A stretch of 49,848 nt of DNA from assembly GCA_004431415.1 (NCBI GenBank), contig QPMI01000238.1:1-49848 (forward strand), in the 5' to 3' direction. This document shows, in pieces, positions 30,845 through 44,378 of this stretch. The notes under the pieces were generated by a model. That model had not been told where the DNA came from. It did not search any database and saw only the letters and a list, made by a program, of their open reading frames with translations. This stretch comes from Cyanophora paradoxa CCMP329. Taxonomy: Eukaryota; Plantae; Glaucophyta. Within the stretch, counting starts at the first letter, position 1. Each line of letters begins with the position of its first letter. Position numbers and translations under genes: made by a program.

Positions 30845-31967
30845 CTAGCTGGGCGCGCGGGGCGCGCGGAAGCTGCCGGCGCGGGGGTTGGGCCGGGGCG
30901 GCCGGGGCGCGGCGGGCGGCGCGGGGTCCTGCAGGGCCCGGGGGCGCTGGCGGAGGCGTGTGCGTGGCCGGCCCGCGCCCCTGCGCGAGCGCGCGCGCGC
31001 GCAGCGAGCTCGAGTGAGGCGTCGTTCGGCGGAGGCTGCGGCGGCAGAGGACTCGCACCTGGGCGGGCGAGGTTGAGAGCCGGCCCCCCGCTGCGCTGCT
31101 GCTGCTGCGGGGGCCCTCCGCCCTGCGCTCCTCCTTCTGCGGGCCCGGGCCGGCCGTCGGCTGCGGCAACGCGCGCGACCACGCGGGGCGGGGCTCGCCT
31201 CGGCCTTGGCGCGGGCGCGCTCCTGGGCGACCCGGCGGATCTCCTCGGTCTTCTGGACGGTGCTGGCGAGGTCCTTCTCCGCCCTCTCCGCCTCCCGCCT
31301 CAGGAATGCGATGCGCACCGCCATGCGGTGCGCCATCTCCTCCGCCGCCTTCCTCGCTGCCTTCGCCGCGTTCAGGCGCGCCCCGTTCTCGTCCTGCGCC
31401 CCGCGTCGGAGGGCGGCGAAGGGGCGAGGAAGGCGGCGGGGCGCGCACGGCGGCGGAGCGGGGCCCGCCCGCCGACGTGCTCTGCCTCGAGAACGACGCG
31501 CGCGCGGGCAGGAGGTCCGGCGGCAGCAGCGGCTGCGCGTACGGGCTGCGAGGGGTTGTCGTTGGGAACGGCGCGGGGCCCGGCCCCGGGGCGGGCGCCG
31601 CTCACCTCTCCTCGGGACTCCTTCGCAGGGACTGTGACGAGGTCGACGCCGACGGGCCTGCTCGCCGAGCGGGCTCGCTCGCTCGCTCCTGTCTCTCTGG
31701 CGGCTGCGGACTGTGCAGCACGCGACCCCGCGACGGGACGCGAGGGCTCTCCGAGAACGTCATAGGCGGCGGCGCCGGCGCTTCCCTCTCCTCGGCTCCT
31801 GCCAGATCGCCGTGTGGATCGTAGGAGTCTGCATCGTCATCCGCGGGGTAGAAGCCGTTCGCCTGCTGCCAGGCCCGCTCGGCAGGCAGGACCCGCATCC
31901 TGTGCACAGGCCCGTGCGCGTGTGGCACGCCAGGCGGTTGGCTCTGCGCATAGCCGACTGTCCGCAT
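30845..31967 (-). CDS. Host hypothetical coiled-coil protein
   Basis: ARKAAEEMAHRMAVRIAFLRREAERAEKDLASTVQKTEEIRR heptad segment; ends approximate. Confidence 0.45.
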
Positions 31968-32367
31968 CGCGGAGCTCCTCACTGCAGCAGCCAAGCGCTG
32001 GCAGCGCGGCGGCACCTCGGATCGAAGCCGCGTGTTTAGCTAAGGACCTCAACGAGTCTGGTGAGCTAAGATAAGGACCTACACGAGCTGGCAAGAGTCT
32101 GGTGAGCTTGCTAGCGGTCAGGAACAAGCCCACGCCCTAAATCACCGTACCCACGCCAGAGCTTGGCAGCCTTGGCTGCCTTGCAACGCGCGCGACGCCA
32201 ACGGCGAAGAAGATGGTCAGTGAAACGAGCGAGGACGAGCAGTATGATCCGTGCGCTCCCGAGCGCTCCCCGCCTTCGTGCGGTGCCCTGCGCCATTAAG
32301 TTCGTCTGTCGCAGCGGCGCATTCGTGCGGTGCGCTGCGCCATTAAGCGCAGTGGAATGCATCTAAA

Positions 32368-35300
32368 ATGCCCGATACACAACGTTTCCACGCAAACCTC
32401 CTCGCCGCGCTCGCGCCATTCGCGCGCGGCACTGCTCGACTGATCCCTCCACGCGTGCCCTCTTCAACGCGTGCAGGAAGGACCGCGAGGTGCCCACGAT
32501 CTCGCGCAACGATACAGGCCTAAGAGAGACGGCGCCAGAGGCCGGCGCCATCTGGATGTACGTGCAAGGTTGCAGCCCGCCGTTTTTTTCTGAAGGCCGA
32601 ATGCGCAGCGCTAGCAAGTGGAGGCGAGACTCTCCCGACAGCCCCAACAGCGACATCGCCCCAGCCTCGCACTCCAAGGACACCCCGGGCCCGTCCACGA
32701 CAGTCGACTGGTCTCAAGCGCCGGCCTCGCCGGCGCCAGCGAACGGGGGCAGCGACGCGGAGACGCCCTCGGGGAAGAGATCCCCTGCGCCTCTCTTTCC
32801 AACTTCGCCGTCCTTCGTTCCGAATTCCGCCGAGGCGCCGACGGCCGGCACGCGGGCCAGGAATCCCGGCGACGTCTTCCTCGCGGGCGGCACGTTCTCT
32901 CCCGCGCCAAACACTTTCTCGGGCTTCATTGCGTCTCCGTCTGCGTCTGCGTCGTTCCCTGCGGCGGCGGCGCAGACAGCCGCTCCGCCGCCGCCGCTCG
33001 CTCCGCCGCCGCCCCCTCCAGCGCCCCTTCCGCCGCCGTTCTCCGCGCCGCAAGTGCCCGCTGCTTACTGGCCGTCGGTTTCTTCGTTCGTGGCGCCGGC
33101 GTCGGTCTCTCCGCAGCCGGAGTCAGATTCGGAGCCGCCGACGCCTGTGACCGTCTCCGACTCGACCAGCGGGGCCGGCCGCGCGCCCTACAAGCGCTAC
33201 ACGGAGGCTGAAGACAAGGCTATCGTGGCGGTGGGCCGGCCTTCGAATCCATTCCTGCGCCCTGCACACCGCGCCGCGCCGCGCCGCGCCGCGCCCGCCC
33301 GCCCTGATCCCGCGGCAGCTGGCCGTGCCACGGCTGAACAGGGCCCTGCTGGAGAAGGGGGACCTGCGGCCCGCGAGCGCTGTGAACTTGAAATTCATGT
33401 TCGAGGAACTCCTCCGCAACGACACTCAGGCGCCCGCGCCGCTTGGCGCCGCGCCGCCCCGCGCCGCGCCGCGCTCTGGAGCCTGACGATGCGACGCAGG
33501 CGGCTGCTCTGCTCTCGGGCCGCAACGTATACTCGATGATGTGCGCGCCGCGGTCCCCTCCCGAACGCCGCCGCGCTCCCTGACGCCGCCTCCGCCGCGG
33601 CGCTCGCTGACGCTCGCCAGCCTGCGGCTCCAGCGGATCGCGGGCGGGGACCTCTTCCTCAACTCGGTGCTCAAGTGCCACGGTGCGCCCTGCGCCCGAC
33701 CTCCGCTTAGCGCGCGCCTCCCGCCGCGCAAGTGACGGCGCGGGCCGGGGGCAGGGGCGCGGGCCGCCGAGGGCATGCGGAAGGCGGCGGCCGCGAGGAA
33801 GCGGGAGGAAGCCGCCAGAAGGCAGGCGCTCGCGCTCGCGGAGGCGCCGGCCCCGGACCCGCAGCAGAAGCCGGGCCCGCAGCAGCGGGCGCCGGCCTCC
33901 GCCCGGAAGAGCGGCGCGCCGCGTTCGGCGAACCTCCCGCGGGCCTCGCAGAACCTGCCGCGGGTCGGCGACCTCCTGCCGCCCATGGCCACGCGCGGCC
34001 TGCCGCCCTCGTCCAACGTGCGCCCGCGCTGGGCCACTGAGGCCCCGCCCCGCCCCGCCCCGCCCGCTCGCCCCGCCCCGCCGCGCCGCGCGCGCGCCTC
34101 ACTTGAGCGCGGGGCAGGACGAGCCGACATTCCTCTCCGGCGCGCGGGGGGCGCCCGCCGCCGGCAGCGAGTTCGAGCGCGCCCACGCCGCGCGCCAGGT
34201 CCGCGGCTCTTCTGGAGGGGCCCGCGGCCCCTTTGTCTTAGACTCCGGGGCCGCTCGCAGGCCGCAATGTGGCAGCAGGAGCGCCTGGCGGCTGCCGCGC
34301 ACGCAGGCGGCCACGGCCAGTCAGCCGGAGGCCGCTACGCCCCGTACCCCGCCTGGACTACCCCGTACGCGCGGGCCGGCGATCCGTTCCCGTCGATGCC
34401 AGTCTACTTCGGGCGGCCCCCGAGGCCACCGGTATCCGGGGCCGTCCCGACGGCCCCCCGTGCCGAACCGTACCCCATCCGCTGCGTCTTCTGCCCCGCC
34501 GTCTTCCCCACCGCTCTCGAGTGCGGCGTCCCTGCCCGCCGCCCGCCCCCGCCTCGCGCTTCAGGCCGGCCCGCCGACCACAACGCGCAGGGCGGGGCGG
34601 CACCTGCGGGCGGCGCACGACGGGCAGTCATGGTGCGACTTCTGCGGGGCCTCGCTCGCCTGCAACGACGAGTGCGCTGTACCCCCCAGCCACCCAACCC
34701 CACCCCGCGCCGACGCCAAAGCCGACGGGCGGCAGGGCGCTCGCGCACATGCGGGCGGTCCACCCGCTCGAGTTCCACGCCCGCGTGATGGCCGGCCTTG
34801 GGGCCGTGGGGGCAGGGCAGCAGCAGGCCGCCGCCGCCGCCGCCGCCGCTGACGATGAAGACGACGAGAACGCGCCGGGCGGGGCCCCCGACGAAGGAGA
34901 CTCAGAGGCGCGCGGGGCGCCCCTCCCGCTCCGCCTCTCCGCTCACGCGGACCGCAGGACGACGACGAGGGCGAACTGCAGCAGCAGAAGCAGCAGCCGC
35001 CGCCGCAGCACCGGCAGCCCGGGGCGGCCCCCGCGCACCACGTCCTCCACCGGCCCGTGCCCCTCCACCCGCCGCCCCCGCCGCCCCCGCCGCGGCCGCC
35101 GTCGCCTCCGCCGCCCGCCGTACCCGTCGTCTCCGCCTTCGAGGTCGAGATGGTGGCCCGGGCGGCCCTGTCCGACGTCGACCTCCTGGTACCCCCCGCC
35201 CCCGCCCTTCCCCCCCCCCCCCCCCCCTTCTGGGCTTCGTGACGCCCGCCCGCTGCCCCCCAGGAGCCCAACAGCCCCGCGGCCGGCGTGCTCTCGGCGG

Positions 35301-35810
35301 CCCTGGCGCCCTTCGCGGGCTGGGGGTACCGCCCCGGTCGCACGGTACGACCCCTTCCTCATCCCCCCCCCCCCCCTTTCGCCCCCGCCCCTCCACCGAC
35401 CGCCCCTCAGCTGTTCGACACCGCCGCGCGCGCGATCCGAGAGACCCCCGTGCGCCTGTACCCCCCTCGAGCTCCAGCTGCACCCCTCCCGCCCCGCCCT
35501 CGCTCACTCCGGTTCAAAGCTGCCGCACTGGACGCCGGAGGCGCTGGCGGCGGCGGTCGCGGCGCCGCCCTTCGCGGCGGCCCTCCTGGGGCGAGTGACG
35601 TCGCTGCTGGCGGAGGTCGTGGCGGACTTCAACCGGCAGGTCGCCCGGCGCGAGCGGGAGGCGGCCCGGCAGGAGGCCCTCCGCGCCCACGTTCAGGCCG
35701 CCCTCTTCCGGGGCCCCCAGGAGGCCGAGCGCGGGGCGCCGAGCACGGAGGCGCCCCCGAGTGCCGGGGTCGGACCCGGCGCCGCCGCCGACTCGCGCCT
35801 GCACCTCTAG
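32368..35810 (+). CDS. Putative transcription regulator (Myb/SANT-like motif plus C2H2-like zinc fingers), multi-exon
   Basis: YKRYTEAEDKAIV; CVFCPAVF..DHNAQ..H; CDFCGASL..LAHMRAVH; start uncertain, and this may be more than one gene. Confidence 0.55.
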
Positions 35811-36598
35811 GCCCCGAGGGCTGGTCGCGGAGCCCCAGCTGGACCTGAAGCACCCTGAAAGTAGATTGAGAAGGCCACTGTATGTCCCGAGAATGGGCCG
35901 AGATCGCAGCACTGCCCTGTAAATATGAACTGAATCTGCCGCAGCGCATGCGCAGCACTTCGAAACAAGGGGTTGCAATTGACTCAGCTAGCGCTGCCGC
36001 AGTGCCGTAGTGCTGTATTCTTCTAGATCTGCTTCACCAGTCAATTCTTCTGGAGCCCTCGAAATCTGCTTCTGCAGCTGCGCATGCGGAGCCGGCGCGT
36101 CCTGGCCGCCCCGCGACAAAAGTTGACATGAACACCGCGTCAAATGCGGTTTTCTGCTAGACTCTGAGACTCCGAGCGTCATGATCAAATTCTAACCGTC
36201 ACGGCGTCCGACGGTCCGGCGGTCTTTACAAATTGATTACAAATTGATCATGATCATGATTACTCGTCTCATGATACTAGTACTAGTCGACGTCGATCTT
36301 TACTAGTTGACTACGTATACCACGTATACTACGTATACTAGTATTTACTAGTTGACTTTCTAGTCCGAATTGTAACTATAACCATCCGAAATTTCATCGA
36401 AAGCACAAATGCATCATTTCATTTACTAGTACTATATTCTTTGCATAATAAAAAAAGATTACATCGAGATATGGCATGTATTCGCGCGGCATTGCCGCTT
36501 GATGCACGGCATGGACATCATGATCCGATGATCATGTGCTTGACCAGGGCAGTCGAGCTGCTGGATCATCGCCTCCGGATCTAATCCGACAGCGCCTT

Positions 36599-39500
36599 CT
36601 AGTCGCCGCCGCCGGGCCCGGCGACGAGGTGGGGCCCCCCGTCGGGAAGCCGCCGGAAGCGGAAGGCGGCCCGCGCCTCCTCCTGCACAGCGGGGGATAC
36701 CGCGATCGAGCCGGGGGGTACCGCCTTGCCCAGCGCGTGCGCTGCGTCCACCGCGGGGCCGAAGACGTCGTAGAACCAGCCGCGGCGGCCCAGTACCCCC
36801 CCGCAGGCCGCCCCCGAGGCCACGCCCGTTCTAAGGAGCACGGGGTCCCCGCCCTCCGCCCACGCCCGCCCCGCCGCCGCCCGCGAGCACTCCACCGCGA
36901 ACCTGCCGCCCCGCCCCGCCCCGCCTCAGGAACAGGGGTACAAGAGAGAATCGAAGCGGGGCGGGGGGTACCAGAGGATGCGCTCGGCGTCGGTGCGGGG
37001 GTCGGCGTCGGCCTCGGCCCGGGCGCCCCGCCGGGGGAAGCAGGCCGCGACGTAGCAGTCGCCCAGCGTCTTCACCCGCACGACCCCGAAGCGGTCCGCC
37101 AGCGCGTCAAAGTCCGTGAAGAGCCCGTCGATCATCCCTGGCGCGCCGCTTCTTAAAAGAGCCAAGCGGGGGCTAAGAATAGAACGCAGGAGAAGGGGGG
37201 TACCGACGACGGCCTCGGCGTCCATCGCGGAGGATCGCGCAGTGAAGTTGACCACGTCCAGGCTCGCCACCCAGACCTGGCGGTGGGGGGGTACGCCGTC
37301 ATCAATTGGGAAAGGGGGGGAGGAGCGGAAGGGGGGTACCCGCTCGAAGAACTCGACGAAGAGGCCGGCGGGGCGGGAGGCGCGGGCGAGGGCGCGGACG
37401 ACGCGGGGCGGCATGCAGCAGCCGAGGAGGTCGGCCGTGCGCCCGCGCTCGGCCTCCAGCGCCGCGGCGTAGGCGAGCGTGGCGGCCTGGGCGCGGTGGT
37501 AGCGCCGCGCCGAGGCCTCCGAGAAGAGCGCGGAGAGGGCAGTGACGAGCGCCGACGTGATCAAGTACCGCGCGATCTCCGCGCGCCACTGCGCGCGCCG
37601 CTGAGTGATGCGCTACCCCTCCCTGCAGCGCCGAACGGCGTACCCGGGCGGCGAGGACGGCGTGGACGGCGAGCAGGAGGGGGGCGACGTCGGAGCAGCG
37701 GACGGCCGGTACCCCCGACACGAAGAGCGAGGCCACCAGCGCGTCCACGACGACGAAGTCCAGCTCTGGGGGGTACGTTAGGGGAGGGAGGGGTACGGGA
37801 GCGAGGGAGGGGGCGGGGGGTACCGCGGTGCTCGACGCCGAGGTTGGGTATGACGATGCAGTCGGCGATGGCGACGGCGCAGACGGCGGCGGAGGTGAGG
37901 AGGTAGCGTGGGCGCTGCCAGGGGTACGGGAGCCCCGAGGTGGCCAAAAATAGCAGCAGGGCGGCGGGGAGGACCGCGAAGTGGCCGGTGCGGTACGACG
38001 CGTGCTCCACAGTCGCCGCCGGCCCCAGCGCGCTGTACTCCACGCCTTGTACCCCCCGGGGGGTGAGGGGAGAGGGAGGTTGGGGTTAGGGCGGGGCGAG
38101 GGGGCGGGCACCGATGAGGGATACGACGAAGGTGAGCATCGCAGCGGCGATGGCGCCCGAGGGGCCGGCCCCCCGCCGCAGCCGCTGCGGCGAAAGTCAG
38201 GGTGGGAGGGCGGGGGAGGGGGGTACAGGGTGCGGCGCGCCTCGCGCCACATGGCCTCGTCCTCGGGGGGCGTGGAGAGGCGGAGGGCCCAGGAGAGGGA
38301 GCGAAGGAGGGCGAGGAGGCGGCGGAGGGGCGGGCGGCGGGGGCGGGCCGGGCGGCTCGGGGCGGGGGCGAGGCGCCCCAGCGGGGGCGGCGCCTCCCCC
38401 TTCTCGAAGAGGCTCAGGCGGCGCCGGCGGGCGGGGGCGTCCCCCGGATGAGGGCGAGCGGGGCGACCGCCGTCCTGAACCGGTCCATTAGGGAGGGCCC
38501 GTGGGGCCCGGCCGGCCCCGCCCCCGCCCCCGCCGGCCCCGCCGCGTCGGGATCGGGGGCGGCTCAGGTGAGGAGGCGGAGAGGGCGCGGGCGCGGCCGA
38601 GGCTGGTGAAGGACGCTGGGCGCGAGGCGGCCGCCGGCGCCGGGGCGGAGAGGTGGAGCGACTGGGGCGGGGTCCGGGCGGCTCCTGGAGGGACGGGCCG
38701 GCCCGGGGCCCGGGCCCGGGGATCCTCCCAGGGACCGCGGGGCGCCCTGCCCCGGCGAGGCGCGGGGCCGCCACTCCGACGAGGGCGCGCCGGTACCCCC
38801 CCAGAAGCCCGCCACGCCGCCGGCCCGGGCGGCGTCGGCGTCGCCCCCCGCCGCGTCCTCGTACCCCCCGCCCCCGTCCTCGCCCTCCTCGGTCTCGAGG
38901 GAGGGGCGGGGAAGCCCGCGGCCCGCGAGCAGGTCCCGGACCTCGGGCTCCTCCCCCCCCTCCCCCAGCCCCCCGTACCCCTCCTCCTCCTCCTCGCCGC
39001 TGCCGGATTCGTCCTCCGAGGAGCCGGCGGGGCCCCAGAGGTCCGACGCGGAGAGGCGCGCCCGCGCTGCGGCGAAAGCCGTACCCGCCAGCGAGACCGA
39101 GGGCGTCGAGGCGGAGTCGGGGGCGGGGGCGTGGCCGCCCGGGCTGTGCAGGCCCATGGCGACCAGGACCGAGCCGGCTGAGGCTGTGCGCGAGACGGGG
39201 CCGGAAAGGCGCGGCGGCAGGGCCGACCCGAACCCGAACCCGCGTGCGGAGGCGGGCGAGGGCAGGAGGGGCCAGGCGCCCGAGAAGGGGGAGGGCCCCG
39301 CGGCGGAGGAGGCGGAGCCGGGAAGGGGCGGGAGGTAGGAGGAGGCGTCCGAGGCGCGGCGGCCCGAGGCGCGGCGGGGCAGCGAGGCGGAGAAGCCGCT
39401 GCCGGAGGGCTCGGGCGGCGGGGGCGGCGGGGGCGGTGGCGGCGGGGTGACCTCGAAGAGGCGCACGCGGCCGCGGCCGCGCAGCTCGCGCTCGCCCAGC

Positions 39501-41935
39501 TCGGAGAGGGGCGGAGGGGCCCCCGGGCCGGGGCCGGGGCCGGCCAGCGCCGCCGCGTCGGCCAGCGCGCCCGAGACCAGCGCCTGGTCCGGCTCGCACG
39601 CGCTGCAGATCCGAGACGCCGTGTTCACCGTGTCGCCCCTTGGACGGATCCAATCGAAGGTCAGAGTCAGACGGCGGATCGAATTGCGATTCGGACTGGA
39701 TCGGGTCTTCTTCTCACCAGAGGTCGTAGGCCGGCTTCTGGCCGATGATGCCGGCGCAGAGGGGCCCGACGTGGGCCCCCGCCCGCACGCGCAGGCCCCG
39801 CCGGCGGGCCATCCCGAGGGCGTCAGAGGCGAAGCGGGCGGCGGCGGCCGCCGCCTCGGGGGCCGGGCGCTCCTCCGGTACCCCGGCGGCAGCCATGAAG
39901 AGCCAGCCGTCGGTCTTGACCTTCTGGAGGCCGTGCCGCTCGCAGAGGCGCTCGAGGCGGCAGATGACGCGGTGCAGCAGCACGGTGCGCTCCGCCGTCC
40001 GCCGGTCCACCTCCCGCAGGCCCCGCACCGAGCCGGCGTCGGCCCCGGCCTCCGCGTCGCCGCCCTCGCTCGCCCCCCGCGAGCGCGAGCGCGAGCGCCG
40101 GCCGCGGTGCGAGCCGTCTGAGCGCAGGCTGCGCCCGCTGGCCGAGCGCAAGGCCCGGGGCGTGCCCTCGCCGGGGCCGGCGGCCCCGCGCGCCCGCGCC
40201 GTCGGCAGGAGCGAGTCGCCGCTCGTCACGCGGCGCGGGGCGCGCCCGAGGGCGAGGAGGGGCACGAGGGGCCGCGCGGCCCGCGCCGCGAGGCGGCGGA
40301 GCGAGGCGCGGAAGGAGAAGACCGGCGTGACGCCCACGAGGGGCGGCGGGCCGCCCGCGCCGACGCCGGCGCCTCAGGTCCTGCGCCGGCGCAGGCGCCG
40401 GTCCACGCCGGGCGGGAAGAGCCCGGCGCCGAGTCGCCCCCGGCCTCGGCGCGGGCGGGACCTCGGGCCCGCGCCCGCGGCCGCGCCCGCGCCCCCCGAG
40501 CGGCGCGCGAGCGGCGAGCCGAGCGCGAGCGCCGACGCCGGTGCCGGCGCCGGCCCCGGGGCGCCCTTGGCGGGGGGCTCCGGGGGCGGCGCTGGGGGCG
40601 CGATGACCTCGACGAAAACGACCGCGGCGGACTCGAACCGGCGGTTGACGTCGGCGAGGCGGCCGGCGCGGAGCTGCTCGGCGACGCTGCGAGGGAAGAC
40701 GTTCTCGAGGACCGCGTCCGAGCGCCGCTTCTGGCTCTCAACCTCGTCCGCCTCCTCCTGCAGCGCGTGCTGCAGCGCGAAGAACCGCCGCTCCGTCGCC
40801 TCGATCTGGGGGAGCCGGGGGGTACGGGATTCAAGGGGGTACGGGATTCGAGGAGGGGGTACGGGTGGCCGCACGTTTGCGCCGCAGACGAAGGAGAGGA
40901 CGTGCACGCAGACGTTCGGGACCGTGAGGATCATGCTCCGGAACGGCTCGATGTACCCCACCGAGAACTGCGCCCGCGGGGGTTCGAACCCGGGACCGCG
41001 CGATCGATCCGGAGGGGGGCGCCGGCGCCGGCCGGGTACGGTCGCACCGCGTAGAAGACGGCGAGGCCGAGCCAGCCGAACCAAAAGGCGTAGGCGGCCG
41101 GCAGGCGGGCGACGACGCTGAGGGCGGCGAGCATGATGGGGTACGTCCAGCTCGCCGAGCGGAAGCCCATGAGCATGCGCTGCAGCAGCGTGTTCACAAA
41201 GATCGAGAGGAAGGCGATCCCGGCGACGAGGCTCGCCGCGCCGATCCGCTGCGGGGCGCGCGGGCGCGCGGCGCGGGGGGGGCGGCCCCGGTCAGCGCTG
41301 GCTCCGCGGCCGCTGAGCGGCCCGTCCGGGGCGCAGGAAGAGAGGGGCCGCACCTTGAAGCGCCGCTCGCCGTTCCAGAAGAGCGCGAAGAGGACCGCGA
41401 GGAGGGCGAAGTTCGCGGCCTTGACTGTCGTCGACGTTCCGAGCGCGTGCGCGGGCGCGGCGTCAGCGAGCGCGAGGCCTACGCGTCTTCGGGCGGCATT
41501 CGCGCTATCTCTCTTTCCTCGCTCGGCGCACCGATCGCGACTCGGAGGTCCTTCCAGCCCTCTGCGATAACATCTGTGATGGACAAGCGTCAAGGGCTGG
41601 CGAGCGCGCGGGCGAGACAGCCGCCCCGGTCGACGCCCCGGCGCACCGCTGACGATGACGATTGCAAACACTGCAAGCAGCGTACGGCTGCGAGAGCAGA
41701 TCACCCCGATGGCCTTTTCGCTCCACTTCTCTTCGAGACTGGCTTGGTTGAAACGCGGGCCTCGCAGGCCGTACTGAACAGAGGCGATCCGAGACGGTCT
41801 TCGCCGGCTCTGAGACGCCACCGTGTGCTCCGCTGCCAAGGCTGCCGCGCTCCACGCTGGCGGATCCTTCGAATTCTCGAGTGGCGACACCGCCTCCTCG
41901 TCGGCGGCGCCGGCTGTCTTTCCTAGAGGATGCAT
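36599..41935 (-). CDS. Class III membrane nucleotidyl cyclase (TM block - catalytic - TM block - catalytic), adenylyl-type specificity residues
   Basis: Domain 1: VLENVFPRSVAEQL, QKVKTDG, RAGAHVGPLCAGIIG, YDLW|GDTVNTASR. Domain 2: LLGCCMPPRV, SLDVVNFT, RVKTLGDCY, RTGVASG..GVLG, YDVFGPAV. Hydrophobic exons precede each domain. Confidence 0.88.
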
Positions 41936-42276
41936 GCTAACAACGCCAGCGCTTCTACGCCCAGGGCGCGCTTCGACGCCGCCCCGCGCCCGCTGACGCG
42001 GCCTTATCTGCCGGCTGACAACATGCTATCCAGCCGCCGCGCGCGAATCGGCGAGAGGATGCTCTGCCAGGGCCAGCAGCCAGGCTGCTGCCGCTCAAAG
42101 AGCTGCTGATCGAAGCCAGCAGCTAGAAGCCAGCGCGGACTGTACGCGTCACTTTGAGACCTAGCGACTCTTAGCTTTGGCCCTCCGAGCTCGGGCTTGA
42201 TACCGAGTCACAGCCATTCAAGCCGGGGAGGTACCTCGCCCACTTCGTGCGCACCGCCAGAAGCGAGATCGAAAAA

Positions 42277-44378
42277 ATGGCCTTCACCACAACAGCGCTC
42301 GCGGCTCCAGCAGCTTCTCGCGTTCCGATCTGTACAACTTCCGCTTCATCCCGAACCCCCGCCTCTTCGTCCCGGCCGCCTCGGCCGGCCCGCTCGGCTT
42401 TCCTCGGCACGGTCCTTAGCTTCTCGTCCACGCCGTCCTCGGCGCGGGCGGTGGCGGTCAATGTTCACCGGAGGCCGCGGTTCGTCGCCCCGGAGTGCAA
42501 GGTCAAGGCGTCCGCCGATGTTCGAGGTTCGCGTCCCGAGGCCTGCGAGAGGCGGGACGTACGGGACGCGTCCGCTGTCGAGCGGGAGAGACTAGCCGCG
42601 AGACGCGGACGGCCGCGATCCCTGCCCTCCCCTGGGCCGCGTCGGGCCTGTCACTCGTGGCTGATCGGGGGACGGTGAGGCAGATCCGGAGGAGCTGAAG
42701 CTGCAGCAGCTGCTCTCGAAGTCGCAGAAGATGCTGGAGGACGCTCCCGTCAAGATGGGCGACGCGGACTTTAAGAAGCAGGCCGTCGAGATGTACGGGA
42801 AAGTCGTGAAGGCGTCCGAGGACTGGACCGCCCGCGGGCGGCCGGCGGCGGTGCTCATGTGCGAGAAGCAGGTCGCTTCGTGGGCGCACGAGGTGCGATC
42901 TCCCGTCGCCTGCTTCGCGGGGGCGCGGCCGGCCGAGCCTGACGGCGGCGGCGCCGCCGCGCCGGCAGCTGACGGACTACGAGGGAGAGGCGGCGGCGCT
43001 GACGCGGCAGGCGGTGCTCTCGCAGCAGCTCGGAGACCTCGAGGGCGCCCTCCGCTGCTACGAGCACGTGCGTCCCGCCCCGCCGCCGCCGCCGCCGCCG
43101 GCACGCGCGCTCGCTCGCGCCCGACGCGCCCCGCACCCGCGCGCAGGCGCTCCACGTGCAGGTCGACCACACGCCCGGCGACGTCACGGCCATCTCCCAG
43201 TCCTTCTTCAACCTTGGCACCGGTACCCCCGCCGCACGAGGAGCCCCGTACCCCGCTCATCACCGCACCCCGCAGTCTGCGACTACCTGGGCCAGGACTC
43301 CCGCGCCCTGAACTGGTACAAGCAGTGCAAGGAGATGCGCGAGCGGGTACGCGGTACCCCCGTCCTCGCCCCCCCCCCTCTCACTGACGCGCGCCGTACC
43401 CCCCCCCTCTCCCTCAGACGCTGGGCCTGGAGCACCCGGCGATCGTCGCGGTGGACATCAACCTGGGCCACTTCTACGCGCGGCGGAACCGCGTCGCGGA
43501 GGCCGGCCGCCACTGGCAGGACGCCCTCGCGACCCTCATGCGCATCAAGGCCCCCACCGACCCCGAGATCGTGCGGCGTACCCCCCGGCTCTCCCCCTCC
43601 GCCCCGTTCGAACTCGTCCCCCCCGCAGGCGATTACGCGGTTCAACCTCGCACCGATCTACGAGACCTCCGGAGACTCGGACGTGCGCGCGCCCGCGGGC
43701 CCCCGTACCCCTCTGCCTGACTTCCCCCCCCGCCCCCTCTAGATGGCGCTGAAGATGTGCGAGGGGGCGCTGGCGGTGTGGGGGGCGGACTTGAACGCCG
43801 ATTGGCCGTCCTACGTCGCCTGTCTCACCCGCATGGGTACGGGGCTCGAAGGGGGGCGTCCGGGGCCCGCCCGACGCGCGCGGGGCTCAGGTGAGATCGA
43901 GTCGCGGCGGGGGAAGCACAAGGAGGCCGCCGGGCACTTCCAGGCCGCCCTCTCCGAGGCCCGCCCCCAGCTCGGATCAGATCCGATCCGATCCGATCCG
44001 ATCCGATCCGATCTGACCTGATCTGAGCAGGTGCGGAAGCGGATCCCGGACGAGGCAGACGAGGACCGGCTGGCTATGACGTTCCTCGCGGCGCGGGCGC
44101 TGAAGGAGGCGGGCGAGGGCGGCGCGGCGCTGAAGCTGTTCGAGGAGGCCCTCCGGGGCGCCGAGGGGGCCCGCCTGGGCGGCGGCTCGGGGAACCCCCT
44201 CTTCGAGATCATCGTCAACGGCGGTGCGCGCCGCCTCCGCCGCCCCCGCCGCCACCCGTCCGCCTCCGCCGCATCTAATCTAATCTTCTTCTTGCTCGCT
44301 CGCTCAGTTGCGGCGGCGCGGCGCGAGGCGGGGGACGAGAAGGGCGCCGCGGAGGTCGAGTCCAAGTACCCCCACTAG
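42277..44378 (+). CDS. Plastid-targeted TPR protein (TPR_12/kinesin-light-chain-like repeats), multi-exon
   Basis: S/T/A/R-rich leader MAFTTTALAAPAASR...; repeats LGDLEGALRCYEH, LGQDSRALNWYKQC, LGLEHPAIVAVDINLG, GKHKEAAGHFQAAL; TAG 44376-44378. Confidence 0.8.
43975..44023 (+). repeat. Intronic (GATCC)n pentanucleotide microsatellite
   Basis: gatcagatccgatccgatccgatccgatccgatccgatctg seen directly. Confidence 0.85.
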
